Shown: positions 37,462 through 58,740, counted from the stretch's first letter. The stretch is 64,000 bases of DNA from the human T2T-CHM13v2.0 reference genome, Homo sapiens (GCF_009914755.1 NC_060935.1), one strand, 5' to 3'. Program-made: numbers and translations. Notes: generated by a model not told the origin, from the sequence alone.

Positions 37462-37954
37462 GCAGTGTGCCTGAAAGAAACTTTCTAAAAGGAAAATTTC
37501 CATTACTGAAAATGATGAGATATGTTATTTGGACCAATCCTCCTACTAAAAATAACTAAAAATTCTAAATAAAACATTTTAAAATCTTCTCAAAAGCATC
37601 AAAGACTGAAAAGATAATAAAAAATTATGGAATCAAATTCTAAATTCTGAAAGAGACCAAGAACCAAGAAGCAGACCAAGCACTAACAGCTATCTTTACC
37701 CTGTGGGCATTTGGCAAATGAAGCAAAATTAAACTATAGCTCTTATGGAGTCTGATTTAAAATGTATGGAATTCAAACTTAGGGCTTACCAAAGTCTAAT
37801 AAGAGACTCACTACATTAAGTAGAATTCAAAAGAGTTAAACTCTCAGGTAAGGCTGAACCAAAAGTAACCCACCTTCTACAGGAGAGGTGCCTTGGTGTC
37901 AAGCAAATAAAGCGTAAAGGAAAAGAAAAGGGAGGGAGAGACAAAGAAAGAGAA

Positions 37955-43820
<5,866 letters not shown>

Positions 43821-44018
43821 AGAAAGCAAAGAGGAAAAAAAGTCTTATCCCAGAAAGTTGTAAACAGTTTAATTTCATATTAATTTTTAAATAAAAGCTG
43901 CTTCATTGGATAGTGAAAGAAACCTCAATCTATTAATATAATTTAAAATGCTTCCAGATTGATAATGCCCATAAGAACTTTGCAGATGCAAATGAAAATT
44001 TATTCTGGAAGAATACAC

Positions 44019-44190
44019 TTAGCCAGGTGTGGTTGTGCACCCCTGTAGTCCCAGCTACTGGGGAGTCTGAGGTGGAAGGGTCACTTGAGACCAGGAGTTT
44101 GAGACTGTGGTGAGCCTTGATCGTGCCACTGCACTCCACCATAGGCGACGGAGTGAGACTCCATCTCAAAAAAATAAAAGAAAGAAAAGA
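44019..44190 (+). mobile_element. Alu right-monomer (FRAM/AluJ fragment)
   Basis: ttagccaggtgtggttgtgcacccctgtagtcccagctact...ctccatctcaaaa. Confidence 0.85.
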
Positions 44191-44501
44191 GACAAAGACA
44201 AAGACAAACACATAGAGAAATCTGCAAGATGTCTGAACAAGTACTTCATAAAAGAGGATATCCAAATGGCCAATACACCCAGGAAAAGGTACTAGCTTCA
44301 TTAGTAATCAAGGATATGCAAATTAAAATGCCAAGATTCCACAACATACCAGGTCAGTCAAAAATTTAAAAGTTTGACATTACCAAGTATTAGTAAAGAA
44401 ATGAACCAATAGGAACTCCCAGATACCATCAGTGTGTAAACAGGTAAGACCACTTTGGAAAACAGTTTGTTAGTATTACGTTGAAGATATACACCCTTTA
44501 T

Positions 44502-45012
44502 CTGTGTAACAAACCTCCCCAAAACATAATGACTTAAAATAACAATGATTTAAATTTCTTTTGTTTTATTTAGCTCAGGATTCTTAGGATTGCTAATTTG
44601 TACTGGGCTCAGCTAGGTGGTTCCTCTGTTCTCTGCTGGGTTTATTAATGAGTCTGTGATCAGCTGTCTGTCTGAAAAGTCTGTTTCTAGGGATTCGCTG
44701 TCCACTGTGGTACAAGGACAACTGGACCACATACCTCTCATATAGTAAGGTAGACTTGGTTTGTTTATATAGTGGCTGGACTGGGTTCCAAGAGGAAGAG
44801 CAGAACATTCAAGGCTTTCTGAGACCCAGGTTCAGATATGGAGTAACACTGCTCCTGTCACATTCTATTCAACAAAGCAAATCACAAAACCAGCAAAGAT
44901 TCAAGGGATGGAGAAATATACTCCATCTTTTGATGTAGGAAGACACAAAAGGAGCATTTCAAAGAGTGTTACTATAGAGAGGGGAGAAATTGTGGCCATT
45001 TAAACAATCCAC
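44502..45012 (-). mobile_element. Old MLT1 LTR
   Basis: tgtgtaacaaacctccccaaaacataatgacttaaaataacaa; tctgtcacattctattc. Confidence 0.65.
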
Positions 45013-45308
45013 TAGACATCTCTATGACTCAGCAATTGCTCTCTTCCATGTATATCCCTACTCTCATTTTTATCTGTCAAAATCTTACCCATCCTTCAAT
45101 GATCCACTAAAATATCTCTTCCTCCAAGAAGTCATTTTGATCTCACTAATTAAAGTGGTCCCTTCATATTGCTGAGCAACCATTACAATATGTAACTATT
45201 TTATTACACAACACATTTTATATCTGGAATCTTTGTAACCTCCCAAAGCCAGTGGCATATATTTTAGATTTGTATTATGGTATCCTTTCACTTCCAGCAC
45301 TGATTTCT

Positions 45309-45790
45309 GTATTAGTTATTGCTGTATAACAAACCACCCAAAACTTAATGGCTTACAGCAGTAATTTATTATTTGTCATCATTTTGTGGACTGGCTGGGT
45401 TGTTTGTCTGCTGGTTTTATATAGGCTGTTTTATACAAGTTTATTCAGTTGTTAGATTTGCTTAGTTAGGGCTGAACTCAGCTGGAAATGCTGGAACTTA
45501 TGGGTCTCTTTCTTCACATGGTTTTCACCCCAGACTTCTTCATAGCATGGTGATCTCTGGGGAGTATTTTTAAGAGTTCAAAGGTAGAAACTGCAAGGCC
45601 TCTTGAAGCCTACACTGTAGAGCTCATACAGTGTCAATTCTGCCACATTCTATTAACTAAAGCATTTCATAAAGCTATCCTAGATTCAAAGGGGTGAAGA
45701 AATTGATTCCAATTCTAGATGGGAGAAACAAGATCACATGGTAAAGGGGTGTAGATACACGATGGGAAGAATTTGTGCCCATTAAACAAT
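45309..45790 (-). mobile_element. Old MLT1 (H/G-like) LTR
   Basis: tgtattagttattgctgtataacaaaccacccaaaacttaatggcttacagca; tgccacattctatt. Confidence 0.72.
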
Positions 45791-45829
45791 ATGTAACAAT
45801 ATATAAATAATTACCAGGTAAGAGAGGTT

Positions 45830-47497
45830 CTTGTGTTTCTAGAACAAAACAAGGATGCTATGAAAAAAATTCCACAATCACAAAGAGGGTGGCAGAGAGA
45901 CTGTTTATGGAAACTGGAAAAGCAATAAAGAAACTGTTACTGGAGTCTGCAAAGACGTCCAGAAATAACTGGACAAAGCATTGTCTGCAGTAACTTGAAA
46001 GATAGAAAATGTACCTAATCAAATTGTGGATCTGACTAAGGTGACTTCTAGGCAGAATACTGGAAGTGTAAACTGACTTTTTTTTAGCTGAATATTGAAA
46101 ATATGGGGAGAGAGATGAAGTCAAAAAGAAATTGTTCAGGTTCATAAGTCAACTTTGGAGGATATACTATACAAAAAGGCCCAAGATGTGCTGGGTTGGA
46201 AAATAAAATCGTTTAACATCCAATCAACAAAAGTTTTCACAGTAAGAAATAGCTCAAATAAATATCAAAACACAGGTAAGAATGTTAAGAACATTTTAAG
46301 ACCATGGAAAAATTCAAGGCAGCCTTATACAAGGATCTCAAGGGCGTTATCTTAGAGCATCCTGACATGCCCAAGGTAGGAGAAATCAGTCCTAAAAAGA
46401 TTGGCTTTGGAGAAAAGATTCATAGAAACCACAGAAAGTTTTGTGTTTGTTTGGTTTCAGTTTTTTAAAAATTGTACTGGCAGCAGCACTGCCAGCTTGG
46501 ACTAAAAGGGACTGACACAGTTAAAAATGAAGAGGCCTTTGGATCATCAAAGAACAATGGGTAGAAAACAAGACTAAAACAACCACCCATTTGCAAACAG
46601 AGGCCATGTTTTATGGAAAAGGAAAGGCCTTTCAAACAGCTAAGCCAAGAATCCAGAGGTATGGCCAAGATGAAAACAATGTACTAGGGGACCACTCCCG
46701 GGTTGCAGAATGGAGACCTAATCAAGAAACATCACATGCCCCTGATAACTTGTGCCCACTTGCATTTCAGAAATGCCATGAACTAGTGACTGCTAAATGC
46801 CACTATTCCTCCCCTTTTTGAATGAAAGCATCTACTGTGATTATCATGTCCCTGTCTCACCACTGTGTATTGAATGTGTAAGAGGCAAATAATTTTTTAG
46901 TCCATAGATCTCTGGATCAAGAGGAGCTACACTTGACAAGCTGCAGCCAAAGAGCATGAACCACATTCAAACCGATGGACTTTGAGCCCAATACTGTTTG
47001 GGGTTGAGATTTTTGGAAGTCTTGGGACGAAGGTGAACATGATTTGCTTGTGTGAGAAATGTAAAAGAGGTAAACTGATAAATTGCTTAATGGTGACAAA
47101 TTCCTCCCATCATCTCATTTGAAATGTGATAGGGTCACTTCTCCCTTCCAGAGATGAAATCTATGTCTCCACTAGGATTGCCTTACAATTTGTTTTGGTC
47201 AGTAGGCCTTGAAGTCTTTGCTCTTTGAAAATGTTGCTCTGAACCTGCCATGCCATGTTATACAAAGAACGAGAAGTTCAGAATCAAAGACTACATGGAG
47301 AGAGGAGGCCCAGCCATCCCAAATGTCCCAGCTGGGGCTAACCCCCACAACAATCTACAAACTCAGGTGCAGTTGCAACAGAGCCTAGGCAAGACCAGCA
47401 GAAAAACATTCCAACAAACTCACGAAATTATGAGAAATAATAAATCACTGTTATTTTAAACCATTAAGTTGGAGGTGATTTGCTATGCAGCCACAGA
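45830..47497 (+). mobile_element. MLT1 internal sequence plus 3' LTR
   Basis: MLT1-int-like gcagtaacttgaaagatagaaaatgtacctaat...; LTR end gagaaataataaat...ttttaaaccattaagtt...tgctatgcagc. Confidence 0.65.
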
Positions 47498-48094
47498 TTC
47501 AATATTTTTAGTTTAATTTTTTTTATTCTGCTCTCTACATTGTCTCTTTTCTCCAAGTTCCTTTTCTCCCATTTGGTTTTCATCTCTTTCATGGTTTTCT
47601 CAAATGTCAGACGATTCCCAGCTGTCTGTTTATATTTATAAGTAATGCATTAGTCAATATTATAAAAAACAAAAGCAGGGGGACTGTTCTAGATTAAAGG
47701 ACAACAAAGAGACATGACTACCAAATGCAATGTGGGAACTTTAATTAGATCCTAGATAGAAAAAACAAATAGCTATTGAGGGCATTTGGAGGAAAAAGGA
47801 GGAAATTTGAATATTGAGTATAGTATATTGAGATAATATTCCTGAATCAATACTAGATTTCTTAGATGGCTATAAAGCAGAACATACTTGTCCTTGTTTA
47901 AGGAGATACAAGCTTCAAGTATCTCAGAGCAAAGTATCATGATGCTTACAAGTTACTTTCAACAGGTTCAGGAAAGAGAGGTATATAAAGAGATAAAACA
48001 AATATAGCAGATTTTTAATAACTGGTGAAATCTAGGTAAGGTTATAAAGGTGTTAGTTATTCTATTATTTGAACTATTGAAGTTTGAAAATAGA

Positions 48095-48785
48095 ATGACA
48101 CACTATAATCAAAAAGACAAATAATAATGAGTGTTGACAAGGATGTGAGAAATTGGAACCTTCATAAACTGCTGGTGGGAATATAAAATGGTGCAACCAG
48201 AAAACAGCCCAGGTAGTTCCTCAAAAGGTTAAACATAAAGTTACCATATGACTCAGCAATTCCATTTAGATTCCCAAGAGAACACTACACATAAATATTC
48301 ATAAAAGCATTATTCATAATAGCCAAAAAATGGAAACAACTCAAATGCCTATCAACTGGTGAATGGATAAATAAAATGTAGCATATCTATAAAATAGAAT
48401 GTTAGTCCACAATAAGAAGGGGTGAAGTAATGACACATGCAACAACATGGATGAACCTTGAAAATGTTACACTAAATGAAAGAAGTCAATCACAAAAGGC
48501 CACATATTTAATGATTCAACATATATGAAATGTCCAGAATAAGCAAATCCACAGGACATAAAGTAGATCTGTATTTGCTTAGGTTGGGGGGTTGAAGCAG
48601 GATTGCAGGGGAATAGTGAATGACTGCTAATGAGTATGGGGTTTCTTTTTGAGGTATTAAAATGTTCTAAAATTGATTGTGGTGATGGATAAACAACTGT
48701 GAATATACCAAAAATTATTGAATTGCACACTTTGAATGAGTCAACCATATGATATGGAAACTACATCTCAATGAAAAAGCTATTT
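48095..48785 (+). mobile_element. L1MB7/8-like 3' end
   Basis: caacatggatgaaccttgaaaatgttacactaaatgaaagaagtcaatcacaaaaggccacatat. Confidence 0.82.
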
Positions 48786-48819
48786 TTAAAAAGTGGAATG
48801 ATACATTAAAAATTGAATG

Positions 48820-49114
48820 GGGCCATAAGTGGTGGCTCACACCTGTAATCTCAGAATTTTGGAAGGTTGAGGCAGGAGGATCACTTGAATCCAGGAGTTC
48901 AAGACAAGCCTGGGAAATACAGTGAGACCCCCATCTTCACAAACACACACACACACACAAAGTCAGGCATGGTGGCACACATCTCCCAGTTACTTGGGAG
49001 GCTGAGGTTGGAGAATCACTTGAGCCCAGGAGTTCGAGGTAACAGTGAGCTATGATCGCATTGCTGCCCTCCAGCCTGGGTAACAGAGCAAGATGCTGTC
49101 TCAAAAAAAAAAAA
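48820..49114 (+). mobile_element. AluJ with (CA)n in the linker
   Basis: Full dimer, poly(A). Confidence 0.92.
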
Positions 49115-50489
49115 ATGAATAGAAGCACTGAGGGAGGGCTTATTGATTGATAGGTTTCACTACTGGGTGATCAGGTAACAAAACAGATTTTTCATTAGGG
49201 GTTCACCTCCCTAATGTCAATATGTAGACATGTTTTCTCTCAGGTGTTTCATTTTCCCCAGAGAACTCTCCATTTTCTTGTCCTGAAGTTTAAGAGAAGA
49301 CGGTAGGGGGTTTTATCTGGCAGTATGCCTTCTGATAGAAGATGATAGTAGAAAGTAAGGATTCCACAGTTCAATGAGAAGATTTTTACTTAATTTTCAT
49401 TTTCAGCCCCATGCGTCATCCCTTTCCCTTGCTTTATCTGGTGTACTCCTAACTAGAATTGCCATGGATCCATTTTTCCAGCACACAAACTTCTCATCTT
49501 CTGCAGGGAAGGAGACCTGGAAAGGTTCAAGTACTCTATAGATATATTTTCAACAAGTCTCCCTTTTTATTCCCAAGTCTTATTCCTTGCCTTACAAAGT
49601 ACCTGTTGTTTCCAAGTGCTAAGCAAACTTCTGAACTTTTAAGTCAGTCACAATGCTCCTCTATTTGCTTTCTGACAGATTCTGTTAAATCATTGTCTAT
49701 TCTCTCTTGTCTCTGTGAGTTAAAACCCTTTTTATGCATTTTAATGAACGTGAGAAAAATAAATGGATGTGGTCAATCTATTATGTTTAATTTAAAGTTC
49801 TAAAAAGGATTTCAAAACTCACCTCCTATTTAATTATATAAACTCTAGTGCATAGGACACCTTGAATAACATTGGTCCTCAAAGAATACATGATGGCATT
49901 TCAGAAAACCATGGAAGAGATGAAAAGCAAATATAAGAAAAGGAATTTGGAGAAAAGAAACAATGTGGACAGCAGAATTAAAAAAATAAAAAAATAAAAA
50001 CATTGAATCTATGGCTGTATAACAAATAATACCCAACTTAATTATGTAAAACAATGATTTATTATTTCTTATAATTTCATAGAGCAGTTGATTAAAGAAA
50101 CACTGATTAGCTTCCTAGCATAGGTACAGCACAATGCAAGTACTTCAGGATAGAGTTCACAATCTGGTTGGAGAGACAGACATGGAAACCAACAGTGTGA
50201 TAAGCACTAGAACAGAAACATGTACAAAGTGCCTATAAAAATACAAATGACAAAGCAATTAATTCTGTCCACAGGAAGGTTTTAAGGTGAGTGTTTTGGA
50301 AAAAGTGGTATCTATCTAGGCCTTAAATATTCTCTGACAAAAAATATGAGGAAAAAATAACATTTTAAAAATTATATGTTTATATAGTTTATCATTTACA
50401 TTAAATACATCAATTTACCAATAGAACTGTCTACCAGATGGTGCATCAAATGTAGATGATTTCTTTGCCACTCAGCTTTGGGAGCCAGT

Positions 50490-52100
50490 GTTGTCACTTT
50501 AGCCACTGTTGTATCCCCCAGAGCCTAGCAAAATATTTGGCACACAATAGACACTGAATAAATCTTTCAGTTCAAAAATATACCAAATTTATTCCAGCTT
50601 TAAGGCCTATAGGCTTGCTGTTCCTTCTGTCTGGAATGCTCTATATCCATATCTTTATACAGAATTTCCTTTATGTTTCTGCAGTCTCAGGTCAAATGTT
50701 ACTTCTTCAGTAAGCACCACACCTAATCACTCTTTAGCATATTATCTATCCTGTTTTATTTTCTCCAGAGCACTTAACATTATCCTACATTATCTTATGT
50801 TGATTATGTGTTAATTTTATTTATTATACCTCCTCCTTTAAAATACTAGCTTTGTGAGGTCAAAATCTCTTCTACTTTGGCCATGCTGTGTCTTCAGCAC
50901 CTAGGACATGACCAGATATAGCATAATACATGAGATTAAATAAATATTAGTTGAATATTAAATAAATTTATCTCACCTAGTCCCTGAGGGTACTTAGTTA
51001 GTGACCTCTGCTTCATTCAAAGAGCAACAGATTGGGAATCCTTTAATATTAACAAATCTGTTAATAGGTAGCTATGTTTTCACATGCTTTGCCCTTTTTG
51101 TACCTACTTTCTTATTTTATCTCTTAATTTACTTCCAGCTCCAAAGTTCTATCACACAACTGCCATGTGAAAGACTCCCACTTCATCTTCAGCAATTTCT
51201 AAAGTACTCACTTGCATTTTTTCACATCAGATTTAACAAATCAAAATTTGTACTTTTTCTTCTCTCTCAAATCTTTTTAATTTCATTGCGGTCAGTAGTA
51301 TCATGTATTCTATTTTAATCTCCAATGAACATTCACAAAATCTTTGACATCTTTCTCTTTCTCTCTCTCTGCTTCTCCACCTCTTGTTCACTTTCTCTGT
51401 CAACTACACTGTCACTTTCACTTTCTCCTTCATCCCCTAAATCTAATCTCTAAATGGACCGGTTTGTTCTTCCTTCTAATTTGCTCTTAGATTCATTCTG
51501 CATCACTACTCCTACTGCTATCAATCTAGTCAGACCCTCATTACCTCAGACATGAATTATAATCACCTTTTCCTGTTATCCCTTTATTTAATCTTCTCTC
51601 CCACTTCAATCTATTGTGCATATTTTCTCCAGAATTATTTTGCAAAACATCACCTAAACCTCATCAATTTCCAAACTCAAAAAGTTCTTTTTGTATACAA
51701 ATCAAGCCCAAATTCCTGTGCCTAATATTTCAGGGTTCCCCACTTTCTAGTTTCATCCCCCTTTTCAACTTTAATCTTCTGCCCCCAAAAGACTTCCTCT
51801 ATTACACTTTCCTTACTGTCTCCTACTAATCCGTGCTCATTTTCACCTCTGTACCTAGAATAATTTTTTTACTCACTCCACTTATCTATCCATCTTTTAT
51901 GCCCATTTCAAGGCCTCTTTTCTCCAGGAACCCTTCCCTGGCTATTCTAAACCACAATAACCCTTCCATTTTCTAAATCCATGTTGTGTGCTTAAATTCA
52001 ACCCTATAGTTTAACAAGAATTCTCCAATTCTTTGTATGTTCAATATGCCTCTCCAATGGGATGTTTCTGAAAGGCAAGAACTGTTTTACTCTTCTTTCA
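50490..52100. mobile_element. LINE-2 fragments
   Basis: tgtatcccccagagcctagca, cttgctgttccttctgtctggaatgctct, tcttcagcacctaggaca motifs; boundaries approximate. Confidence 0.6.
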
Positions 52101-52255
52101 TTCACTCCCCCAACTCCACAGCATATATATATACATATGTATATATACAACCCCTTACCTAACAAAGCAATTTCCCTTATATTTTTCCTTTGATCCTCAA
52201 ATTGCTTCTCTGAGGTTTACAGAGTATTTCTTCCTACAGAGTATGGTTAAAAAAA

Positions 52256-52294
<39 letters not shown>

Positions 52295-52336
52295 TACATA
52301 TATACACATGTATATATATATATATATATATATATA
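52256..52336. repeat. Compound (TA)n(CA)n(TA)n microsatellite
   Basis: Direct reading. Confidence 0.95.
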
Positions 52337-52399
52337 ATTGAACTTAAAGTTAGAAGTCTTAGACTTGAGAAAAAACTTGACTACTTTCTGTATGTAATC

Positions 52400-52716
52400 T
52401 TTTTTTTCTTTCTTTTTTTTTTTTTTTTTGAGACGGAGTCTTCCTCTGTCACCCAGGCTGGAGTGTAGTGGTGCAATCTCAGATCTCAGCTCACTGCAAC
52501 CTCCACCTCCTGTGTTCAAGTGATTCTCCCGCCTCAGCCTCCCAAGTAGCTGGGACACAGGCATGTGCCACCACACCCGGCTAATTTTTGTATTTTTAGT
52601 AAAGATGGCGTTTTGCCATGTTGGCCATGCTGGTCTTGAACTCCTGACCTCAAGTGATCTGTCCACCTCAGCCTCCCAAAGTGCTGGGATTATAGGTGTG
52701 AGCCACCACACCCAGC
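52400..52716 (-). mobile_element. AluS with 7-bp internal duplication (atctcag)x2
   Basis: Full dimer, poly(T). Confidence 0.94.
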
Positions 52717-53447
52717 CATCACTGTGTAACCTTGAAGAAATAAAAACCAGTTTTTCTAAAACTGTTTCCTAATCTGACAATAAATGTTAAGTTTAATGCA
52801 AAAATACAGGCTCATATTTTAAAAGATCAGCACTGTTGAAGGCTTACAATAGATTTTTAGCTGGATTAACAACCCTAACAGGGTAAATTAATAAATAATT
52901 CTGAAGAAAATACAGGAAAAATCTACAACTACATCAGATTTCACTTTCTATACTATTGAGACTTTTTAGAAGTTATTATTACTTATAATAATATTTTAAA
53001 CATTACTAATATTTTATAAGAAAGGTATATTTCTTTGAACAGATCTTATCTATTACTCATATTCCAACATATTACAAAAGAGATTTAAGGTGGTGATTTA
53101 AGAAGTTTGCTACATTTGTATTTGTGATTTTTATTAATAAAGAAGGCTAAAATATTTTCATCAAACTGTTCCTTCTATTTTCTATGGGAAGTCAATGTCA
53201 AAATGTTACTCATTTATCAGAAATACACTTTAAAGTGCATTTGTTATGTGACTTGGTATGTGTTTCTTGCTATATATACACTATTTATCTTAAATACTCT
53301 ACATTCAAAATCATTTGCCAAATATCTTTGGAATCTGGGAATAGTATCTCTTTATGTTAAGAGCAGAAAACCATATTACGTATCTGCTTAATAATAAAAA
53401 CATGTTAAAACAACAACAAAAACATTTCATATTATTATGAAATAAAT

Positions 53448-53612
53448 AAGTGGTTTTCAAAGTGCAGTTCCTGGACCAACAATATCAGCAACACTTAAGA
53501 CCTTGTTAGAAATGCACATTCTCAAACCTTTCTCTGATCTACTGAGTCAGAAAATGGGGTTAAGGCCCAGCAATCCTGTGTTTTAACAAATTACTAAAGT
53601 GTGACAATCACT
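53448..53612. mobile_element. MER5A-like hAT-Charlie MITE
   Basis: agtggttttcaaagtg...cttgttagaaatgca...ctactgagtcagaa...aatcactg. Confidence 0.78.
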
Positions 53613-53842
53613 GAAACACATTAACATGAGCATGCAAATGCTCATTTGGTCACTGGATGTTTTTAAAATATGTACTGGAAATTTAAATCTTGTCTAGAAA
53701 AATATTTTTTTGTTTTCTTGTTTAATTTATCAAATGCTGAGTTAAAGAACTAGGCAAAACTGTAAGCACTGTAATCTGGCCTTAACAATGGAACTGAGAA
53801 ACTTGAGGCCAGTTGTAATCTTTTGTATTAAGAATCAGAGAA

Positions 53843-54127
53843 GGCCGGGAGTGGTGGCTTACACCTGTAATCCCAGCACTTTGGGAGGCTGAGGCAGGCA
53901 GATCACCTGAGGTCAGGAGTTCGTGACCAGCCTGGCCAACATGGTGAAACCCCGTCTCTACTAAAAATACAAAAATGGGCCAGACATGGTGGCAGGCGCC
54001 TGTAATCCCAGCTACTTAGGAGGCTAAGGCAGGAGAATTGCTTGAACCTTGCAGTCAGCTGAGATCATGCCATTGCACTCTAGCCTGGGGGACAAGAGTG
54101 AGACTTCCTCTCAAAAGAAAAAAAAAA
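53843..54127 (+). mobile_element. AluSx-like with small right-arm deletion
   Basis: TSD aatcagagaa; cttgaacct|tgcagt junction. Confidence 0.94.
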
Positions 54128-54629
54128 TCAGAGAAAACGGATGCTAAATACCCAAAAATATGCAAATATTCCCAAAATATGAACCAGGACAAGCAATTAA
54201 GAAGATTACGTATTTCTCCACTTGGTAAACTTTAAAAATGTATAACTGGAGTTATGAGTGTTATGGAAGGAGCAAATAAGCAAAGCATATGGTAATCAAT
54301 CCTATGGTCTTAAGTAAATAATCTCTGGGCCAGTGTTCCAACTGATGTGCTAGGACAATGTTCCATGAATACATTACAAGTATTCATGTTCCATGAATAT
54401 GTTACAGGTATTAATAGTCATTGATTCTCTCAGTACTGCAAATTGCTAGGCACAGCCTGGGAAGACCAAAACACCTAGGGCTGGTTGCAACCAGTGAAGA
54501 GTAGCTTTGTCCACTTGCCTCTCTGCACTATACAAATACTATGTTATCATTTTCCAATTATGCCTTCATGTGGGGCAAAAAAAAAAAAAAAAAAGGAGGA
54601 AGCACTTTTCTAGCCATTTCTGCTAATTC

Positions 54630-55185
54630 AGTGAGTAGGGTACTTCCTGTTTCAAATATAGAAAACACAACTTAAGCTGACTTTAAGACAAAAAGTAAAT
54701 GTATTGGCTTATTTGACTAAAAAGTCTAAAATTAAGTTTGACTTCAGGCCAGTAATGTGACCAGCACCTGGATTGTTATCTTTTAATGTTTGCCTATGCT
54801 ACCTCAGTATTGGCTACATTCTCAATAGGCTGTCAATTCATAATGCCAAAAGGCTATAGGCAGCTACTGGGGCTAAATACTTCCTTGTATCTTTTTCCAC
54901 CAAGAAAAGGAGAGTTTGTGTCCTGACAAGAGTCCTAAAGTTCCCATTTAGGCCTACTTGGATTACCTTCCCATTCCTGAACCAATTAATAAGCTTAGGA
55001 GAATGACAGACGCACAGTTCAACAAGAGTAATCTTTGGAGCTAGAAGTGAGGTCAATCCAGGTTAATCTCAAAAATATCACATGCCTGAGAAAGTGAGAA
55101 GGACTACTTAAGGAAATGTGAGGTACTGTTATCAGGAAAAGGGAAGAAGGTATACAGGTTAATAAACAAGAGCTTTCCATAACAG
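54630..55185 (-). mobile_element. Very old MLT1 LTR
   Basis: aaatgtattggcttatttgactaaaaagtc, gacttcaggc, cccattcctgaaccaat motifs. Confidence 0.5.
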
Positions 55186-55303
55186 CTTACCATACATCTC
55201 TAAATGAGCTAAAATACAAAATAAAAATAATCACTTTTTTCTTTGGATTAAAAGTGAACACCTCAATGGTAATCTAAAAAAAGTATATGTTAAAATAACA
55301 CGA

Positions 55304-55629
<326 letters not shown>

Positions 55630-55994
55630 CTATAAAATTAGCCGAAGTTTTTTAAAAATAAGAGTACTGTGCTAGTAAAAAGAAAAAAAATTGTAAAAGA
55701 GGCATTCAAATAGTTCTGGTAGACATGTAAATGGAAGCAATCCTTTCAAAAAACAATTTAGAATGTCTCAAAAGTCATACACTATTCTATGCTGACTCAA
55801 CTTCTAAGAATCTATTCAAAAGAAAAAAATCCTAGATGCAGAAAAAGTTTTATGTTAACGGATGTTTACAACAAAATATTTACTAATAAAAAACAAGAAA
55901 GAAAAGTTGGAAACAACCTAAATGTTCAGTAATAGAAAAATAGCCAATTAAGTTATCACTATCTAATTGAATATATGTAGCCACTTAAATAATA

Positions 55995-56500
<506 letters not shown>

Positions 56501-56529
56501 TTAGAAACATCAATAATAATAAAAACAGG

Positions 56530-58740
56530 ACTCAGAGTCTTCTAATTAAAGATAGTGGATTGAACAGTGGTATTTAGTTCCACTCCACTAAAATGACAGT
56601 GGTGATTTAAGGCATAAGCCTTAGAACAAACAGAATGGTATCTAAGACAAAAACAATAAAACTCTGTTTTTTGGCAGACAGATAAAAAAGTAGAAATCTT
56701 TATTGCACCTGAGAAAGCTAGGAAAACTGAGAAGCAATTTGATTTACATCACTCTCTCCTCTTTCTCCCCTCCCCTGCCAACAGAGTCTGCTGATACCAG
56801 GTACCTCTAAAGGTGAAGGTAAAGGTGAAGCCAAAAACAGGATGATTACTTGAAAGTGTGTTTAAGAAGACCCACAGATTCCCTCTCTCTTTCTGGTTAG
56901 GCAGAACCCTCTCTGACCTGGGCAGAAGATTGGAAGTTGTTCTGATGATGACAAAACTGAGCCTCTGGAATGGGTTTATTGGGATACCAGGTGCAGTTGA
57001 GAAAGGGTCAGGGGTGGCTACTATATGGAAAAATGTGTATATTAAATGTTGAGATACCCACCAGTCTTTCTTCTCCACAGCTCCAATAGCTGCTAACAGC
57101 CAGATAGCTCTTGAGGCAGCAGATTGGAAGGAAGTGTGTGTTTTCTAAGGCAGAAGTCCCCATCCCCCAGGCCACAAACTGATACTGGTCCGTGGCCTGT
57201 TAGGAACACCCCAGGCCACGCAGCAGGAGGTGAGCGATGGCACGAGAGCAAGTGAAGCTTCATCTGTATTTACAGCCACTCCCCATTGTTCGCATTTCCA
57301 CCTGAGCTGCCTCCTGTCAGATCAGGGGCAGCATTAGATTCTCATAGGAGTACAAACCCTGTTGTGAACTGTGCATGAGAGGGATCTAGGTTGCATGCTC
57401 CTTATGAGAATCTAATGCATGATGATCTGTCACTGTCTCCCATCACCCCCAGATGGGACAGCATAGTTGCAGGAAAACAAGTTCAGGGCTCCCACTGACT
57501 CTACATTATGGTGAGTTGTATAATTATTTCATTACATATCACAATGTAAAAATAATAGAAATAAAGTGCACAATAAGTTGTAATGTGCCTGAATCATCCT
57601 GAAACCATCTTCCCCCAGCCCCAGTCTGTGGAAAAATTGTCTTCCACAAAACCAGTCCCTGGTGCCAAAAAGTTGGGGACCACTGTTCTAGGGAATTTGA
57701 CCAGGCTAAGAGAAAAGACACAAATAATATGATAACAGGAGTTTCCTCACAAAATGTTCTAGTCAGGTAACCCTAAGATGAAGACCATAGTCAATAGGCT
57801 ATATCCATGCATACATAACCTCCAATTCACTTTCTGGTGCCCCATTCTTAAATACAGAGCAAAGAGTGAAAAACCAATAGACTTTTAAGGGAAAGTGTCT
57901 AATTTAAAAGACAAAGATTAAAACAAACTGAAATTTTAAAAGCCAATTCAGAGGAAGCAAACATTAAGCAAAGGAAACTCTTTCAAAAGAAATATTACTA
58001 ACACTCTTTTAAAAATTATTTTCTTATCCATAGTGTTCAGTACAGCATCAACTTTCTTATGAAGAGATGAGTGTATATTACATTGATGAAAAAAAAGATG
58101 CTTCACAGAAACAGTTCTTATAAAAATTAAGATAGTGGAAATGAAAAATCCAATAAAAGGATTAGAAGACAAAGTTAAAGAAGTCTTGCAAAAAGAAGCA
58201 AAAAACCAAAGAAATAGAAAATTGAAGAAACAAAGATTAGAAAATTAGAGGATTAATCCAGAAGTCCCAATAACTGTACCCTAAAAGTCCCAGAAAGAGT
58301 GAACAAAGAAATTGGAGAAGAAATCATCAAAAAGTTTCTAAATCAATTTTCCCAGAATTAAAAAATATAACTTCACATATTAAAAGAACCCATCAAGTGC
58401 CAGCACCAAGACACATCATTGGTGAAATAACAGAACACTAGAGGAAATGAAAAGATCCTATATGCTTCCAGAAAGGAAAAAAAAAATCATAAAAAAGATC
58501 AAGAATTACACTGGAATTTTCAATATCCATAATGGAAGCTAGAATAAAGAAACTAAGCCCTCAGTTTAAAGGGAAAATGATTACCAGATTGGAATTTTAA
58601 CAGCCATGTCAACAGTGAAGATAGAAGATATTTTCAGATATGCAGTATCCAAAACAATTTACCTTCTATGCACCCTTTCTCAGGAAGCTCCTTAAGGATT
58701 TCTTTAAGGAAGAGAAAGGCATGGGATCCAGGAAACAGCG
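56530..58740 (+). mobile_element. Ancient L1ME 5' region and ORF1 remnant (hosts MER1A)
   Basis: caccaagacacatcatt, aaaagatcaagaattacactgga, cacccttctcaggaagct motifs; boundaries approximate. Confidence 0.55.
57151..57685 (+). mobile_element. MER1A-like hAT-Charlie element
   Basis: TIRs cagaagtcccc / ggggaccactg; 8-bp TSD ttctaagg / ttctaggg; ~535 bp. Confidence 0.9.
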
